From Eledone cirrhosa (taxonomy: Eukaryota), in NCBI GenBank assembly GCA_964016885.1, contig OZ024757.1, positions 25,358,001 through 25,422,000 of the forward strand: a DNA stretch of 64,000 nucleotides. The letters run 5' to 3'. The position numbers were made by a program, and so were the translations under genes. The notes beneath the pieces are model-generated. The model was given only the letters and a program-made list of their open reading frames with translations. It searched no databases and had not been told where the DNA came from. Shown here piece after piece: positions 40,784 to 54,345 of the stretch. Every line of letters begins with the position of its first letter. Positions within the stretch are counted from its first letter, which is position 1.

Positions 40784-42571
40784 GTCAGTAAAATTCTTGA
40801 AACTGAATATAAATATCATCATCATCATCATCGTTTAACGTCCATCTTCCACGTTAGCATGGGTTAGACGGTCTTTTATAATTCTGATGTGTGCATTTGA
40901 GTGGGGTTTTTTCTTATGTGTGTTTCTAACTATCATCCATGTATCATCATCATCATCATCATTTTTATGTCTGCTTTTCTCTGCTTGCAAGGGTGGGACG
41001 GGAACTGATTCTGGCTTGATTTCTACAGCTGGATGCCCTTCCTAGCACCAACCTCATTTACAGTTAGTGCTGGGTGCTTTTATTCTGTGGCACCTCCACG
41101 ACCACTTTGCAGTGGAATGATAGGGACTGGGGTCCCTATCATCTCATTTCTACAGCTGAGTAAACTGGAGCAATGTGAAATAAAGTGTCTTGCTCAAGGA
41201 AACAACACATCACCCGGTCCGAGTATTGAACACACAACCTTTCGATTGCAAGGCCAATGCTCTAACCACTAAGCCATGTGTGTGGGTTAGTCTTTCATTA
41301 AAAATATGATACCGAAAGGGTTAAATAAAAGTGAAGTCGATAGTTCCTAGAAGAGACGCCCCCCTCCCCTCCCTTTAGCATTTAAACCGACCGAATCTGG
41401 CCCGAATTCTCTCACCTCTTTCTGTTCAAACCGGCCGTATCTGGCCAGAATTCTCTCACCTCTTTCTGTTCAAACCGGCCATGATTGGCTGTTCATACTG
41501 ATGTTAGGGTATTGTTCTCAAAATAGATAATATCAAAATCTCATAGATTCGATATTATGTGAGATAGTTATGTAAGATAAAGCTCTTACCATGAAAATAT
41601 AATAGTAAATATAGAGTAATGTAAATACTAAAGGTTAATAATAGTAAATAAAGGGTTAATCTATGTCATACTGTCTTTTATGTAAGACTAACTGCCTTTT
41701 ATCCTTACGGAGTCGATTAAATAAAGTACCAGTAATGCACTGGGGGAATTGTTGACCTTGTGCCAAAAGTAGTGACAATTATGTAAATGTCTGGCTATAT
41801 GTGTGTGTTTATGTGCATGCGTGTTTGTGTGTTTATTTCTATATGTGTGTGTGATTTTCTATTAATGTGTATTTCTTAACCCTTTAGCCTTTACATTACT
41901 CTATATTTACTATTATAATTTTCTGCTAAAGGTTTTATCTCACATAATATCGAATCTATGAGATTTTGATATTATTTATTTTGAGAACAATACCTTAACA
42001 TCAGTATGAGTGTCCAGTTATGGCTGGTTTGAACAGAAAGGGCCGAGAGATACAGCCAGTTTACATACTAAAAGGGTTAATGTGTTTCACCCTGGGACCT
42101 CTATGACTCCATCAGCACGTCCTGGAATAATACCTTAAATTTTTTCAAAGTTTAACACATATATGTTTGTGTATCTGTATATGTATGTCTATATGCATGC
42201 ATTTATATATTTGTGTATGCATATGAATGCATGTGCATTTCTGTGTGCATGTTTGTTCATGTGCATACCTGTATGCAAGTAAAAACAGTCCACGCTGTAA
42301 TGTGGTCGTGTTGGTAACACAGTAAAAAGCTCCCAGGCCACACTATAAATGCGGTTGGTGTTAGGAAGGGCATCCAGCCGTAGAAAACCTGCCAGATAGT
42401 CCTATACGAGCGAGACATGGTCACCCGACAAATCTTGTCTCAAATGGGACAACTCCCTTCTAACTCATGTTAGCATGGAAGATAGATGTTAAACGATGAT
42501 GATGATGATGATGAGTATGTGTGTATGCATGTTCATGTATATATATGAATGTGTATATTTTTATTTTTCAG

Positions 42572-42727
42572 ATACAGCCACGTATGTTGGAAAACTGTTC
42601 ATCAAGGCAGATGACAAAGTTATCTGGCTTCACCAGTGGTCAAACAGGAATGGTGGTTACTCGAATCAATACACAGTTACAGAGGTTGGCTGTGTACCAG
42701 TGTACTTTTCTTTAAACACAAATGAAT
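42572..42727 (+). CDS. Ependymin-related protein, coding exon 5
   Basis: TTTTTCAG acceptor, (D)TATYVGKLFIKADDKVIWLHQWSNRNGGYSNQYTVTEVGCVPVYFSLNTNE plus T (ATYxG, W, TVT...CVPV motifs), donor GTAAGT at 42728. Confidence 0.92.
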
Positions 42728-43163
42728 GTAAGTAGTGATCCTTATGTAAACTTAACCTTCTGGAGGTTACAGGCACATTAAGTCGCCGATAGAGTTGTGT
42801 GTGTGTGTGTGTGTGCGTGTGTGTGTGCGTGCGTGCATGTGTGCATGAGAATAGACAACAAGGAGAATCAACTTGTGATAACAATTCAATGCAATAATGA
42901 TGTATATTAGTTTAACATTTGATATAATAGGTAAAGAGTTTTAATGTTTCAAACATTACTCCTCTTTCAGAAGATAGATTGCTGAAGAAATAGAAAGGTA
43001 GGTGAGTGTAAGAAAAGAAAGAAAGAGGGGGGGGGGGGGGGGGGGGCAGGAAAAAACAAAAGTATGGGATAAAAAAAAGAGGGGAAAAGTAGCACGAAAA
43101 AAAAAGGATACCACGTGTTTAACAAAGTCCTAACATTGTCTATTTATCTATTTTGTCTGATAG

Positions 43164-43273
43164 TTTACCTAATGAACTACTTCTACAACGTTACTCCAGG
43201 AGTAAATGATACCAAAGTTTTTGATTATCCAGACGACTGTCCTCCCCACCCAGACGGTGTCAGTAGTATCTGA
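43164..43273 (+). CDS. Ependymin-related protein, coding exon 6 (to stop)
   Basis: TAG acceptor, (F)YLMNYFYNVTPGVNDTKVFDYPDDCPPHPDGVSSI*, matching the ependymin C-terminal F.N.T.G..D..VF..P..C motif. A further GTAAGT donor follows at 43294. Confidence 0.9.
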
Positions 43274-46200
43274 AACAAATGATGACAACAAACGTAAGTA
43301 GATCTCACAAAAAAAAAACTTTTATCAGTTTTACATCTATTTTGTCATGCTTGCATCGGTTAGATAAGTTGTCACCCTCAGAGGTTAGATGGATCAGGTG
43401 ACTGTGTCTCACTGGTATACTTAATTCAGGAATGGCTTCTACAGCTGGATGTCCTTCTAAACCTTTAGCATCATCATCATCATCATCATTTAACATCTAT
43501 CCTCCACGCTAGCATGGGTTAGACGGGAATTGTCCCAATTGAGGCAAGATTGGTTGGGTGACTGTATCTTGTTTGTCTAGGACTATCTGGCAGGTTTTCT
43601 ACGGCTAGATGCCCTTCATATCACCAACCACATTTACAGTGTGGACTGGGAGCCTTTTTACCATGTTACCTACACGACCACATTACAGTGTGGAGTGTGT
43701 TTTGTATCGTGACACCAACACAACCTCATTAGTTTGGACTGGATGTTGTGGTACCAACATAACTTTACAGAGAAAGGGTGGTGTTGGCGGGATCGGAAGG
43801 ATGAAATAGGGGTAGTAGGTTTCTATTAAGGGGAGATAACTCATGTTTTGAGAGAAAATGTTTTAGAGGTAGAGGCTCTTCATCATCATCATCGTTTAAT
43901 GTCTATTTTTCTGTGCTAGCATGGGTTAGACGAGTTGCCTCTGAGACAAGTCAGATCAGATGATCATGTCTTGCTCATACAGAACAGTTTCCAGCTTGGT
44001 TTCTATAGCTGGATGCCCTTCCTAAAGCCAACCACTTTACAGTGTGGACTGGATGATATTTATCATGACACCAACACCACTTTACAGTTTGGGCTGGGTG
44101 CTTTTTGTCGTAGCACCAACACAACCACTTTACAGTTTGGGCTGGGTGATTCTTGTCGTAGCACCAACACAACCACTTAACAGTTTGGGCTGGGTGCTTT
44201 TTGTCAAGGCACCAAAACAACCACTTTACAGTGTCGGCTGGGCACATTCAGTTGTGGCACCAAGACGACCACTTTACACTTCCCTATGATTTTCAAATAA
44301 TTTCGTAAATAATAAAAAAAAAATTGAAGGGATCAAATAATGTAACTAACTTTTTCATTATTAAGCTGGTGTTTGGAACATAACTTAAAGGTTCTCACAA
44401 AAATTATGATAGAATGTTTTTTGTTTTTTTGTTTTTTTTAGATAAATATAAACATTGTTAAATAAAGAGTATTGCATCATAAAATAAGGGGTAGTTTGAA
44501 ACAGTAAAATAAGGGGTGGTTTGAAACAGGTTTGTATCCAAAAAAGGGTTAATTTTATTTGTTTGTATATATTTCAGATGTTTCCGCCAAACAGTTTAAA
44601 TCACCCAACAAACATTTGAGGACTGTGACCAGAAAAAAAAACATTCTTTCATTATTGAGATTAAAGGATTGACTAAACATTTAAAAGATTGGAACCAAAA
44701 GACAACGCATTCTACCATGATATAGAAATTATACAAAGAAAAGCTCAGAACAATATGATGTGGTCTACGATTGGCAGTATCAGTAAACCGTCGGACACCA
44801 TGCTTCAGAGCATAGAGTTATGGCCCTTTGCGTTCTGGGTTCAAATCCCACTGAAGTTTGCTTTGCATTCCATCCTTACGGGGTCGATAAAATAAAGTAC
44901 CAGTAATGCACTGGCGTTGATTTAATCGACTTTCCCCTTCCCTTCAAATTGCTGGCCTTGTGCCTAAAATAGAAACCATTATTTACCATAAACTAGTACA
45001 GAGGTAGGGAACCTTTTCATATTGAAAGGCCGTGTATTAAGTTACTTGTAATATGATATACCTAGGATTATGTGTATGTGTATATGTGTGTTCGTGTGCA
45101 TACATTTATATGTACGAGTATATAAATATAAACGCGCAAACACAGACACACTTACAAAAATACACACTCACAGACATACAATCACACAAACACACATACA
45201 TTTACACAAACAGCATAGCAAATGGAACGACAGCAGCTGTTTTGTTATAGTGTTTTCACCATCCCCTTCCTTTCTTTTACATACACATACATTGTGTGAC
45301 GGACCAACGTCGCTCAAATTGATATATACATAAGGCCTCATTCTAGACACCATAATTATATATTCTTAAAAATTTACAATATTTTGTAAAAATCTAATTA
45401 TTATGTACTAATTATCTTAAAAATGAAAACAATTTAATTTTAACTATCTTTTAATGATTTTGTTGTGACTGCTCATTTCAGGAAAGCATTTTGATATTTG
45501 GTTCCAGAATTCTCTCACTTCTTTTTGTTCAAATCAGTTGTAACCAGCCACTCAAACTGATATTAAGGTATAGTTCTCCAAATAAATAGCATCAAAATCT
45601 CATAGATTAGATATTATGTGAGGTAAAGCCTTTACCATGAAAATATTATAGTAAATATAAAGTAATGTAAATGCTAAAGTGTTAATTTTTTTTAAATTCT
45701 ACTTCAAATAGAATTCCACATATATAACTTGTCAAATTTTTGTAATCACTGGCACATTAACCCTTCAGCATTTACATTACTCTATATATACTATTGTATT
45801 TTCATGATAAAGGCTTTATCTCACATGATATTGAATCTATGAGATTTTGATATTATTTATTTTGAGAACAATACCTTAACATCAGTATGAGTGGCCAGTT
45901 CTAGCTGGTTTGAACAGAAAGACGTGAGAGAATTCTGGCCAGATACAGCCGGTTTAAATCCAACACTGATTAATGACAAATGAAATAAATATAACCAAAG
46001 ATATATAGAATAACTAAATTTTAGTTCAATATGTTGTTGTTTTGAAAAATTACAATAAATATTTTAAATTATAATTAACATTATTTTTTCTTTTGTTTTA
46101 TAATTTGTTTTTGTAACCATTTAGTGTTCATGTCATGACCACTCAGTTTTCTGTCATACCCTCACATTTTAACAAAGGAAGAGACTACGTAGCTGGTCTG

Positions 46201-46713
46201 GTAAAATAGACTCCCAGGTTATTTAGCCGGTAAGAGCGTCAGGCACCATGGGTTGCAGCCTGAGTTAAGTCAATTTGCAATCTTTTCCATCATCAATTTA
46301 AAGAAAAAAACAAATTAAAATCAGTTAGTCATCATCATCTTATAATTCTGCATGTTTCATCCATTCATCACGTATGTTATGCTTAGATAACCTGCCAGAT
46401 AGTCCTATACGAGCAAGACACGGTCACCCTACCAATCTTGCCTCAAGTGGGACAATTCCCGTCTAACCCATGCTAGCGTGGAAGATGGACGTTAAACGAT
46501 GATGATGATGATGATGACTAAGAATTTTAGCAGAAAGTCAAATATTTTTTAAATTAAGAATTTTAGCAGAAAGACCTGGGTTCTAAAACACTATTTCTTA
46601 TTTAGCAGTAAAATAATCTACCGGTCAAATAAGGTTAAAATTTACGCTTGTCTATTGTGCCGGGACCGGCTACGTAGCCTATTCCTTTCACAAAAACACA
46701 TCTCTTACACTTT

Positions 46714-48183
46714 CTAAGTCCCTTTAGAAGCCATAACATCTTCAATATCTTCAACAGTCTTGGGACAATTACTAGACAGAATGATAGGGGAAGAATCAGT
46801 TATCAACACATTATCTTCTATTCTAATACCAATTCCTCGGAATTCAGCTGGAACTTTCATATTGGTCTCGGGTATATAAATACCCGGTTCTATAGTCACA
46901 ACCATGCCGGGTTCCAGGTTGATACGACGAGAAATAATCGGAGTATCGTGGACATCCATGCCGAGGTAATGGCCAACGTGATGCGGACAGAACTTTCGAG
47001 CGGCTACCATTAGTTGATGTCCAGTTAAATTCGGCTCAAGTAAACCGATAGCTTTAAGTTCTCCGCCCAGGATAGAGAGCATTTCAGTGTAGATATTATC
47101 TAATGTAAAAGTCTTTCGACACAGTTTCAAACACAGTTCCTGACATCTAAGAACGGCATTGTAAACTTTCTTCTGTGCCTTTGAGAACCTTCCCGAAACA
47201 GGCCAAGTTCTGGTCAGGTCGCTGGTATAACCGTGAAGTTCACAGCCTGCATCCATTAAAACAAGTTCCCCGTCTTTCACAATTTGGTTGTTACTTATAT
47301 AATGTACAGTGTTGGCCCGATTTCCTCCAGCTACAACCGGTGGGTAGGCTAAATACTGGGCGCCCCTCATTCGGCACTCGTAATCCATGTTAGCAACAAG
47401 CAAGCTTTCATTCACACCAGGATGCGAAAACTGCATAACTTTTACAAGGGACTCGGAAGCCATCTCCACGGAATCTCTCATAAGTTCAATTTCATCCTCT
47501 GATTTTATGAGTCTGAGACTTTGAACCAACTTATCGGTTATCTCAAAGTTGCAGTTTCTACTCTCTTGCATAAACCTGGTCAGGAAGCGGTCGTGTATTT
47601 TCTTTTGAACCGGTTTGTTGAAGTTATACCAAACTGTATACTTGGAATGTTTGTTCTTATATTCATAAAGAAAAGACTCCAACTCGCCAATAGTATAAGC
47701 AGCATCGATTCCCGTAAAATACATCGTCCCTTCAACCCCAGAACAAGGTCCATCCCATAGTTCTCGTTCCGGGTCCTTCGGTGGCACAAATAAAACCGAT
47801 TTTGGACGGTCGTCATTTGAGTTGTTGAATATCAACAAAAGACTGTCTGGTTCCAGAAAACCACATAAATACAAGAATTCGGTGTTCTGTCTAAATGTGT
47901 AAGGTATATCGTAACTCATGAATACTTTAGAAGCTGATGGGAATATAAATATCATGTCCTTGGGGCTACTAACCTTACGCTGTTGCAGCGCATTTCGAAA
48001 CAGTGTGAATCGTCTACGACGATACTCGCTTTCCCTAATTCCAGGAGTCACTTGACCTTCTTTTAAAAGATGTGGATGTGTCTTCGGAACAGGCTGTCCG
48101 AAATGCCTGCACCAAATACCATTTTTAATTCTACCTTTCCGTAAGGCAGCGCAAAAATTTGATTTCATCAGCGATGCCGCCAT
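46714..48183 (-). CDS. XPNPEP3: Xaa-Pro aminopeptidase 3 (mitochondrial aminopeptidase P, peptidase M24B), single coding exon, 489 aa from first ATG
   Basis: Uninterrupted ORF with a basic presequence-like N-terminus (MAASLMKSNFCAALRKGR), the XPNPEP3-type GQP...THPHLL..G.VTPGI and FRQNTEFLYLCGFLEPDS segments, and M24 metal ligand motifs LMDAGCE..GYTSDLTRTWP, HHVGHYLGMDVHD, TIEPGIY, GIRIEDNVLIT. A TTTTCAG acceptor about 20 nt upstream of the ATG suggests a 5'UTR intron. Confidence 0.96.
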   Translation of the reverse strand: MAASLMKSNFCAALRKGRIKNGIWCRHFGQPVPKTHPHLLKEGQVTPGIRESEYRRRRFTLFRNALQQRKVSSPKDMIFIFPSASKVFMSYDIPYTFRQNTEFLYLCGFLEPDSLLLIFNNSNDDRPKSVLFVPPKDPERELWDGPCSGVEGTMYFTGIDAAYTIGELESFLYEYKNKHSKYTVWYNFNKPVQKKIHDRFLTRFMQESRNCNFEITDKLVQSLRLIKSEDEIELMRDSVEMASESLVKVMQFSHPGVNESLLVANMDYECRMRGAQYLAYPPVVAGGNRANTVHYISNNQIVKDGELVLMDAGCELHGYTSDLTRTWPVSGRFSKAQKKVYNAVLRCQELCLKLCRKTFTLDNIYTEMLSILGGELKAIGLLEPNLTGHQLMVAARKFCPHHVGHYLGMDVHDTPIISRRINLEPGMVVTIEPGIYIPETNMKVPAEFRGIGIRIEDNVLITDSSPIILSSNCPKTVEDIEDVMASKGT

Positions 48184-48599
48184 TACAGGCAAACCGGTGT
48201 CAACTGAAAATAAGTTTCTTAGATAAGAAAATACCAGTAGCTAACATGGTCGGGCTATCTCCTAAGAACTGTATGGAAGTTTATTATTTTTATTTACAAC
48301 AGTTTATATTCGCACACAACCCAGAATATTATTAATCAATGTAAAGTAGAAGTAAATATTGACCAGTATCTAAGAAAAACAAAACACAACATGATTTTTA
48401 TTAGTATATATGGTGTCTTATGATGTGCGACTGATTGTCACACTTGATGGTAAATCAACCAAGCAGTTCTTGTGAATTTTAACTACGCATTTTGTAAAGC
48501 TTTTTACAATTTGTTGGATACCAGGTCCGAACACAGAAGAGCCGAACTCCCACTGTTATCGCCTTCATCTCTCTCGCCCGCCCCATCTCTCACTATTAT

Positions 48600-49310
48600 G
48601 AGCAAATGAGGACCCACGTGCTGGTCACCCCACGGCACCGGCTGACAGAATGGAGGAAGCGTTTGCCCGGAGGATGGTAAGGGAGATGCGCTGAAAGAGC
48701 CATTCCATCTCGCGAGGCTCTCACCTGCTCAGCGCCCATAGTGGTAAGTAGGGAGGTCGCCCTAGTGCCAAGGACACCAGACGTCTCCACTGCTAGGGGC
48801 TCAACTGCAAACCTGTCGGAGAGCGACCTTTAGTCAGGCATTGAAAATACCGCTTTTCCTCCTCAGCTCGAAGTGCAGCAGAACCCGGATTAGTCGCAGA
48901 ATGCACCAGGTTGCCGCTTGAGAATGTGTCGCTGCAAGTGACATACCAGACGAGGGGTTTACCATCGCGGAACTGGAAGATGGTCATACCGTCTGGCTTT
49001 TTGCTTTATGATCTCACTGAGAGTAGCATGGCATGGAAGGCGGCCGGCACTGTGGCGACAGGAAAACGAGTGGAGGCCGAAAGAGGACACGGTGGATCGA
49101 CAGCGACATTTGTGTGGCTCGCATATCTGGAGGCTTAGCCTCAGGGAAACCCCAATGCGCAGGCTATCATTGTCCAGCAGCGTACCAGTAGAGAAGGAGG
49201 GTAAGGCATGGAACCAGGCACTGCTGTAGGGTTGCGAGGCCGCGCGTAAATATGCCGTGGCGGTGCTGGTCGAGTTAGCGCGCTAGCCTGTCTGTGGCCA
49301 GATTGCACTG
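48600..49310 (-). mobile_element. Degenerate CRE-like non-LTR retrotransposon fragment (zinc knuckle + restriction-like endonuclease)
   Basis: Minus-strand translation pieces: SAWFHALPS..GTLLDNDSLRIGVSLRL, C.PHKCRC...GLHSFSC..SAGR..CH, KPDGMTIFQFRDGKPLVWYVTCSDT, AALRAEEEK, FAVEPLAVETSGVLG. Internal deletion and frameshifts. Confidence 0.8.
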
Positions 49311-50252
49311 AATGGCATAGATGATCGTTTTGTTTAAACTTTTATATTTGTTAAGTATTATATATATTATTTTCATTCAGTACTAATTATAAATAATTTG
49401 TAATGTTATTTATACAATTGTAAATAAAGTCAATTTTACCTCATATTACTTCTTTCATTTCCACGTCTCTCTCTCTCTCTCTTATATGCGTTTATATTTG
49501 TGTTCATCAACGACATTATAAAGTTCTTCTGAACGAATTCCGAGCAATTTATAATGCTATTTACGCATTTGTAATGTTATTTATGTAAAGAACGGGAGAG
49601 CTTAACGTGTTTAGACGGAAGAAAAACAAGACACATTGGATGATGTAGTTATAGATCTATGCTATTTCTAGTGAAAGTAGAATTTTAAAAATGATACTAT
49701 AGTCACAGTCGAATCAGTTCAGAGAGAGACAGACGGGGAGAGAAAGAAAGTGTGTGTGTGAGCGAGAAAGTAAAACAAACATCAACAACAAAAGGAGACT
49801 TACTTATTCTATGGTTCATCAACTTTTTCCAATGTAATGTAATTCATCCAACGATAAAAAAAAAACGTAGAATGATATATACATATATGTGTGTGTGTGT
49901 GTTGTACGTGGCTCGAATATGCTCCACCAGATGTGTAACGTAAATGTGAATAAACGACGAAGCCCGGCTGAGGTGAGAGAAAAAAGTTGTCATTAGAAAA
50001 TAAATTACGTGTGTGTGTGTGTGCTGGTATTTTAAAATACTGTTAAGGGGAGCTAACCAAAGTAGGTTGTATATAGTCAATTACTAACAACTGTTTAGAG
50101 GTACTCCACCAGCTTAAATCTCCTTAAAACTAATAAAAACATTGTATGCATACACACACATATATATATATATTATTACCCACTCTACTACCCTAAGTAC
50201 TGAGTACTCTAGTGCGTTATGGTCCACCTGGCTCCTTACCACACTTGCTTCG

Positions 50253-50301
<49 letters not shown>

Positions 50302-50375
50302 CATAAATATATATATATATAGTTGTATATATATATACAGTTGAAAATTGCAAACTTGACTATCAGCGCAGAATG

Positions 50376-50414
50376 TGAACCTGAAGATTGCGAAAGCATG
50401 AAATTACTTGTTCA
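50376..50414 (+). ncRNA. Type I minimal hammerhead ribozyme fold
   Basis: TGAAC CTGAAGA T-TGC-GAAA-GCA-T GAAA TTAC UU GTTCA: stem I TGAAC/GTTCA, GNRA-capped stem II, weak stem III. Confidence 0.55.
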
Positions 50415-51029
50415 ATTAACACTTAACATTTAACATTCTACCATACTATTTCATTCTAATACCATTATAAATTTTAAAGGATTGTAAATAAAACGAGTAA
50501 ATCAGACAAAGTTGGAATTCCTTTTATTAATATAATCTTCTATACACAATCATACATACCCGTGTATATTTATGTCTATGTGAGAAAAAACCACAAACCT
50601 GCGAAACCGGTAAAGGAGCCAAATAAATATATATTTAAAAAAAAAAGACTCCAGTTACATTTTCGATTTCATCTTTTTTCCTTATATATATATATATATT
50701 ATATATATATACATATTATATATATACATACATATTATATATATACATACATATTATATATATACATACATATTATATATATACATACATATTATATATA
50801 TATATATATAGTAGAATAATCGAGTATCGAAAAATCGGCGCACGAGTTCACGATAAACAAAATTCGACATGAGTGGCAGAGGGCTCAATAATTCAGATAA
50901 ATCAGAGCTATAACTATCGTTAAAATACCAACACACATAGATTATGTCTAAAATCAACCATACGACCGAAAAATTACGATCAGGAAGATTCGGGTCACTC
51001 AGATAATATCAATAAATCAATAAATCATG

Positions 51030-51060
<31 letters not shown>

Positions 51061-51264
51061 CGCATACACGTATATATATTCACGTATATATATGTAAACA
51101 AATCGAACTCGCTCCGCCAGATACGTAAATAAAGGACGAAGCGTGACTGAGCTGAGAGAATAAAATAAACTGTCATTCGACAAAATTATATAACGTGTTA
51201 CCCCTCCATTATAATAGACTTGTCGAATGGTTGGAACCAAATCAGTTTTTCGCTTTTGATTGTA

Positions 51265-52015
51265 AGGGCTCTAACGTTACTCGATAAAGTACGTAACTCT
51301 GATATCTGGGAGTCTCTCCATGTAGATCTGCTACTTCTCCGAATTGAGAGATCACAGCTCTGATATTATGGCTATGTGTTTAGAATGTCTCAGGAAAGAA
51401 TCTGTAGCTGGGAGATCAGAGAGTCACTCCAGATAGAGTCACTACTTCTCCAAATTGAGAGATCACAGCTCTGATACTACAGGCATTTAGTTAGAATGTC
51501 TCAGGAAAGAATCTCTGGACAGATCTATAGCTCGGAGATCAAAGAGTCATTCCAGGTAGAGCCACTACTTCTCTGAATTGAGAGATCACAGCTCCAATAC
51601 TATGGACATGTGGTTAGAATGTCTCAGGAAAGAATCTCTGTACAGATCTATAGCTCGGAGATCAAAGAGTCATTCCAGGTAGAGCCACTACTTCTCTGAA
51701 TTGAGAGATCACAGCTCCAATACTATGGACATGTGGTTAGAATGTCTCAGGAAAGAATGTGTAGCTCGGGGATCAGAGAGTCAGTCCTGGTAGATCTGCT
51801 ACTTCTCCAAATTGAGAGATCACAGCTCCGATACTATGGTCATGTGGTTAGAATGTCTCAGGAAAGAATCGTTGGACAGATTTTACGTGCAAAACCAACC
51901 ACAGGAGACCCAGAGTAGACCCCGAGCAAGGTGGTTAGATAACATCCTTGAGCTTGGCTGGTCACGGTTGGGGATCTAGCTTTTTTCCTGGACTTTTCCG
52001 ACGGAATTACCTCAT
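51265..52015 (+). mobile_element. RTE-type LINE 3' fragment with five tandem copies of one coding segment
   Basis: Repeated LLL.IERSQLRYYGHVVRMSQER segment in units of about 110-120 bp, degenerate. Confidence 0.75.
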
Positions 52016-52382
52016 TCATACACATATATATATATATACAAGGTGTACCCAAAAATGTATATACACTTTTATATGCATGCTGTTGAAACGTATATACATT
52101 TTGAGGGACACCCTATATATAAATATATATATATATAAAAAAAGATGAAATCGAAAATGCAACTGGAGTCTTATTTTTAAAAAATATATATATAAGACTC
52201 CAGTTGCATTTTCGATTTCATCTTTTTTTCTTTATACTTTCACTCGTCTAGGACACCTCGGTTATTTTTCATTTTGTAAAAAAAACCTCACTTTCTAATA
52301 TATATATATATATATGTATACATACCTTTATTTGTATGATGTTGGAGTGTGTATACATTTTTGGGACACACATGCACTCTCA

Positions 52383-52433
<51 letters not shown>

Positions 52434-52940
52434 AACGAGTAGGACCCCGACGGCTGAGCTCAAGCCGTTTCGACGGCTGATTTTTTTTTTTTTTAGTCCA
52501 GAATTAACCCTCGGGGTTCTACTCGTTCCTATTACCCACTCTACTACCCTAAGTATTGAGTACTTTGGTGCGTTATGGTCCACCTGGTTCCTTACTACAT
52601 TTCCTTCGTTATATATATTCATTTAAGTACCAGTACCAGTACTGCACTGGATTTTTTGCTAGCCTTAGAGCGTCAAACACCATCCTTTGCAGTATAGAGT
52701 TCAAATCCCGTCGAGGTTAACTTTGCCTTTCATCCTTACGGGGTCGATAAAATAAAGTACCAGTAATGCACTGGAATAATTGCTGGCCTTGTGCCAAAAG
52801 TAGAGACATTATATTTGTAATGTTCTTCTGAACAGATTGCGAGCAATTTATAATGTTATTTATGTTTATATTTAAAACATATATTTCATGTTATTTATTC
52901 AACCGTGGATAAAACGCTTTTGAATCTTGTCAATAAACAC

Positions 52941-52989
<49 letters not shown>

Positions 52990-52994
<5 letters not shown>

Positions 52995-54345
52995 TAACAG
53001 AATAAAGTTTAAGCAAAGAATCGCTGCTTTCACCCTTAACGGAATTTTTATAAATATTTGCTCTAGGGTTCTTATATATTGGATATATATTTATCCTTAT
53101 CGAGCCCTCTTTGGATTTTAGTCTTCACATTTATTATTATTACTATATATATATATAGTATATAAAACATATTTACACATCTACGGTGATTTATTCAATT
53201 CAAAGTATTTAGCAGATACTTTATTTTATCTATAACCGAAGAATAATTTTACAAAGTCGAGTGGTTAGTTAGTATAATGGACTAAATTCTGTCAAAGTAG
53301 TGCTCCAGCATGGTCGCAGATAAACTACTCGTAGAATTAAAAGTCGTCTCTGATCTTTTAGTTTTTAATTTTACATATAGAAAATCAAGAAAGATAACTC
53401 GTCAATTGTTCAGTATATTTACGTTATTATTTCCCTTTGATAACCTTTTTTTTTTACCTTATCCCCTTCATGACAATATGTCTAATAAAATACACTTTAT
53501 TTTAATTAATTAATGAAGAATTTTGAAGGATTTACAGAAGTTATTAATTATTTCATTAGTAAGATAGTAATTTAAAATAGGGTTCTTATATTATCAACCT
53601 CCGTAAGGATGAAAGGCAAAGTTAACCTCAGCGGGATTTGAACTCAAACCATAAAAGGACGTAACACTATGCTGGAAAGCATGGTGCCTGACCCTCTATC
53701 GATACTGCTCCCCCCCCCCCTCCATATAAAATAATTGTTTCTACTTTTGGCACAAGGCCATCAAATTATCCAGTACATTACTGGTACTTTATTTTATCGA
53801 CCCTGTAAGGATGAAAGGCAAAGTTAACCTCGGCGGGATTTGAACTCAGACCATAAAGGGCCGTAAAATATATAAATTAATGGAAGATTTTAATTTGAAT
53901 TGGAAACCTTTAAAATGGGTGGCTTTATTTCATAGAACCAGAGCTGGTTTTGGTCAGGTTGGTAACTAAAAAAAAAATTACCGAAATTCTAACACAAAAG
54001 TCGTGCTGGTGCAATGAAGAAAAGCACCGAGCTCACCCTGTAAGGTGTCGGAGTCATGAGAAAATGTTCCCAGTACACTCTGTAAAGTTGTTACTGTTAT
54101 GAAGGACATAAAACTGAAGAAACCATGTTTTCAGTGCACACGATGATGTTGTCGGTGTTAGAGAGAGGGGGGGTGCAGTGAGAGAGAAAGTAAGAGAGAG
54201 AGTAATAGGGGAAAAGATGGTGATGTAGAGAGCATGATATACTAATAAGAGAGAGAGAGAGAAAGAGACAGTAAGAGAGAGAGAGAAAGAAAGAGTAAGA
54301 GAGAGAGAGAGTGAGAGAGGATGAGAGAGAGAGCGTGATATAAAC
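52990..54345 (-). repeat. Local segmental duplication, right copy (inverted)
   Basis: Reverse complement of 21577-23070, lacking the 22605-22915 SINE and carrying an extra SINE at about 53590-53725. Confidence 0.92.

Noticed and set aside
48184-48192. TTG start for XPNPEP3 given by the ORF track
   Set aside because: The first ATG at 48183 begins a plausible mitochondrial presequence.
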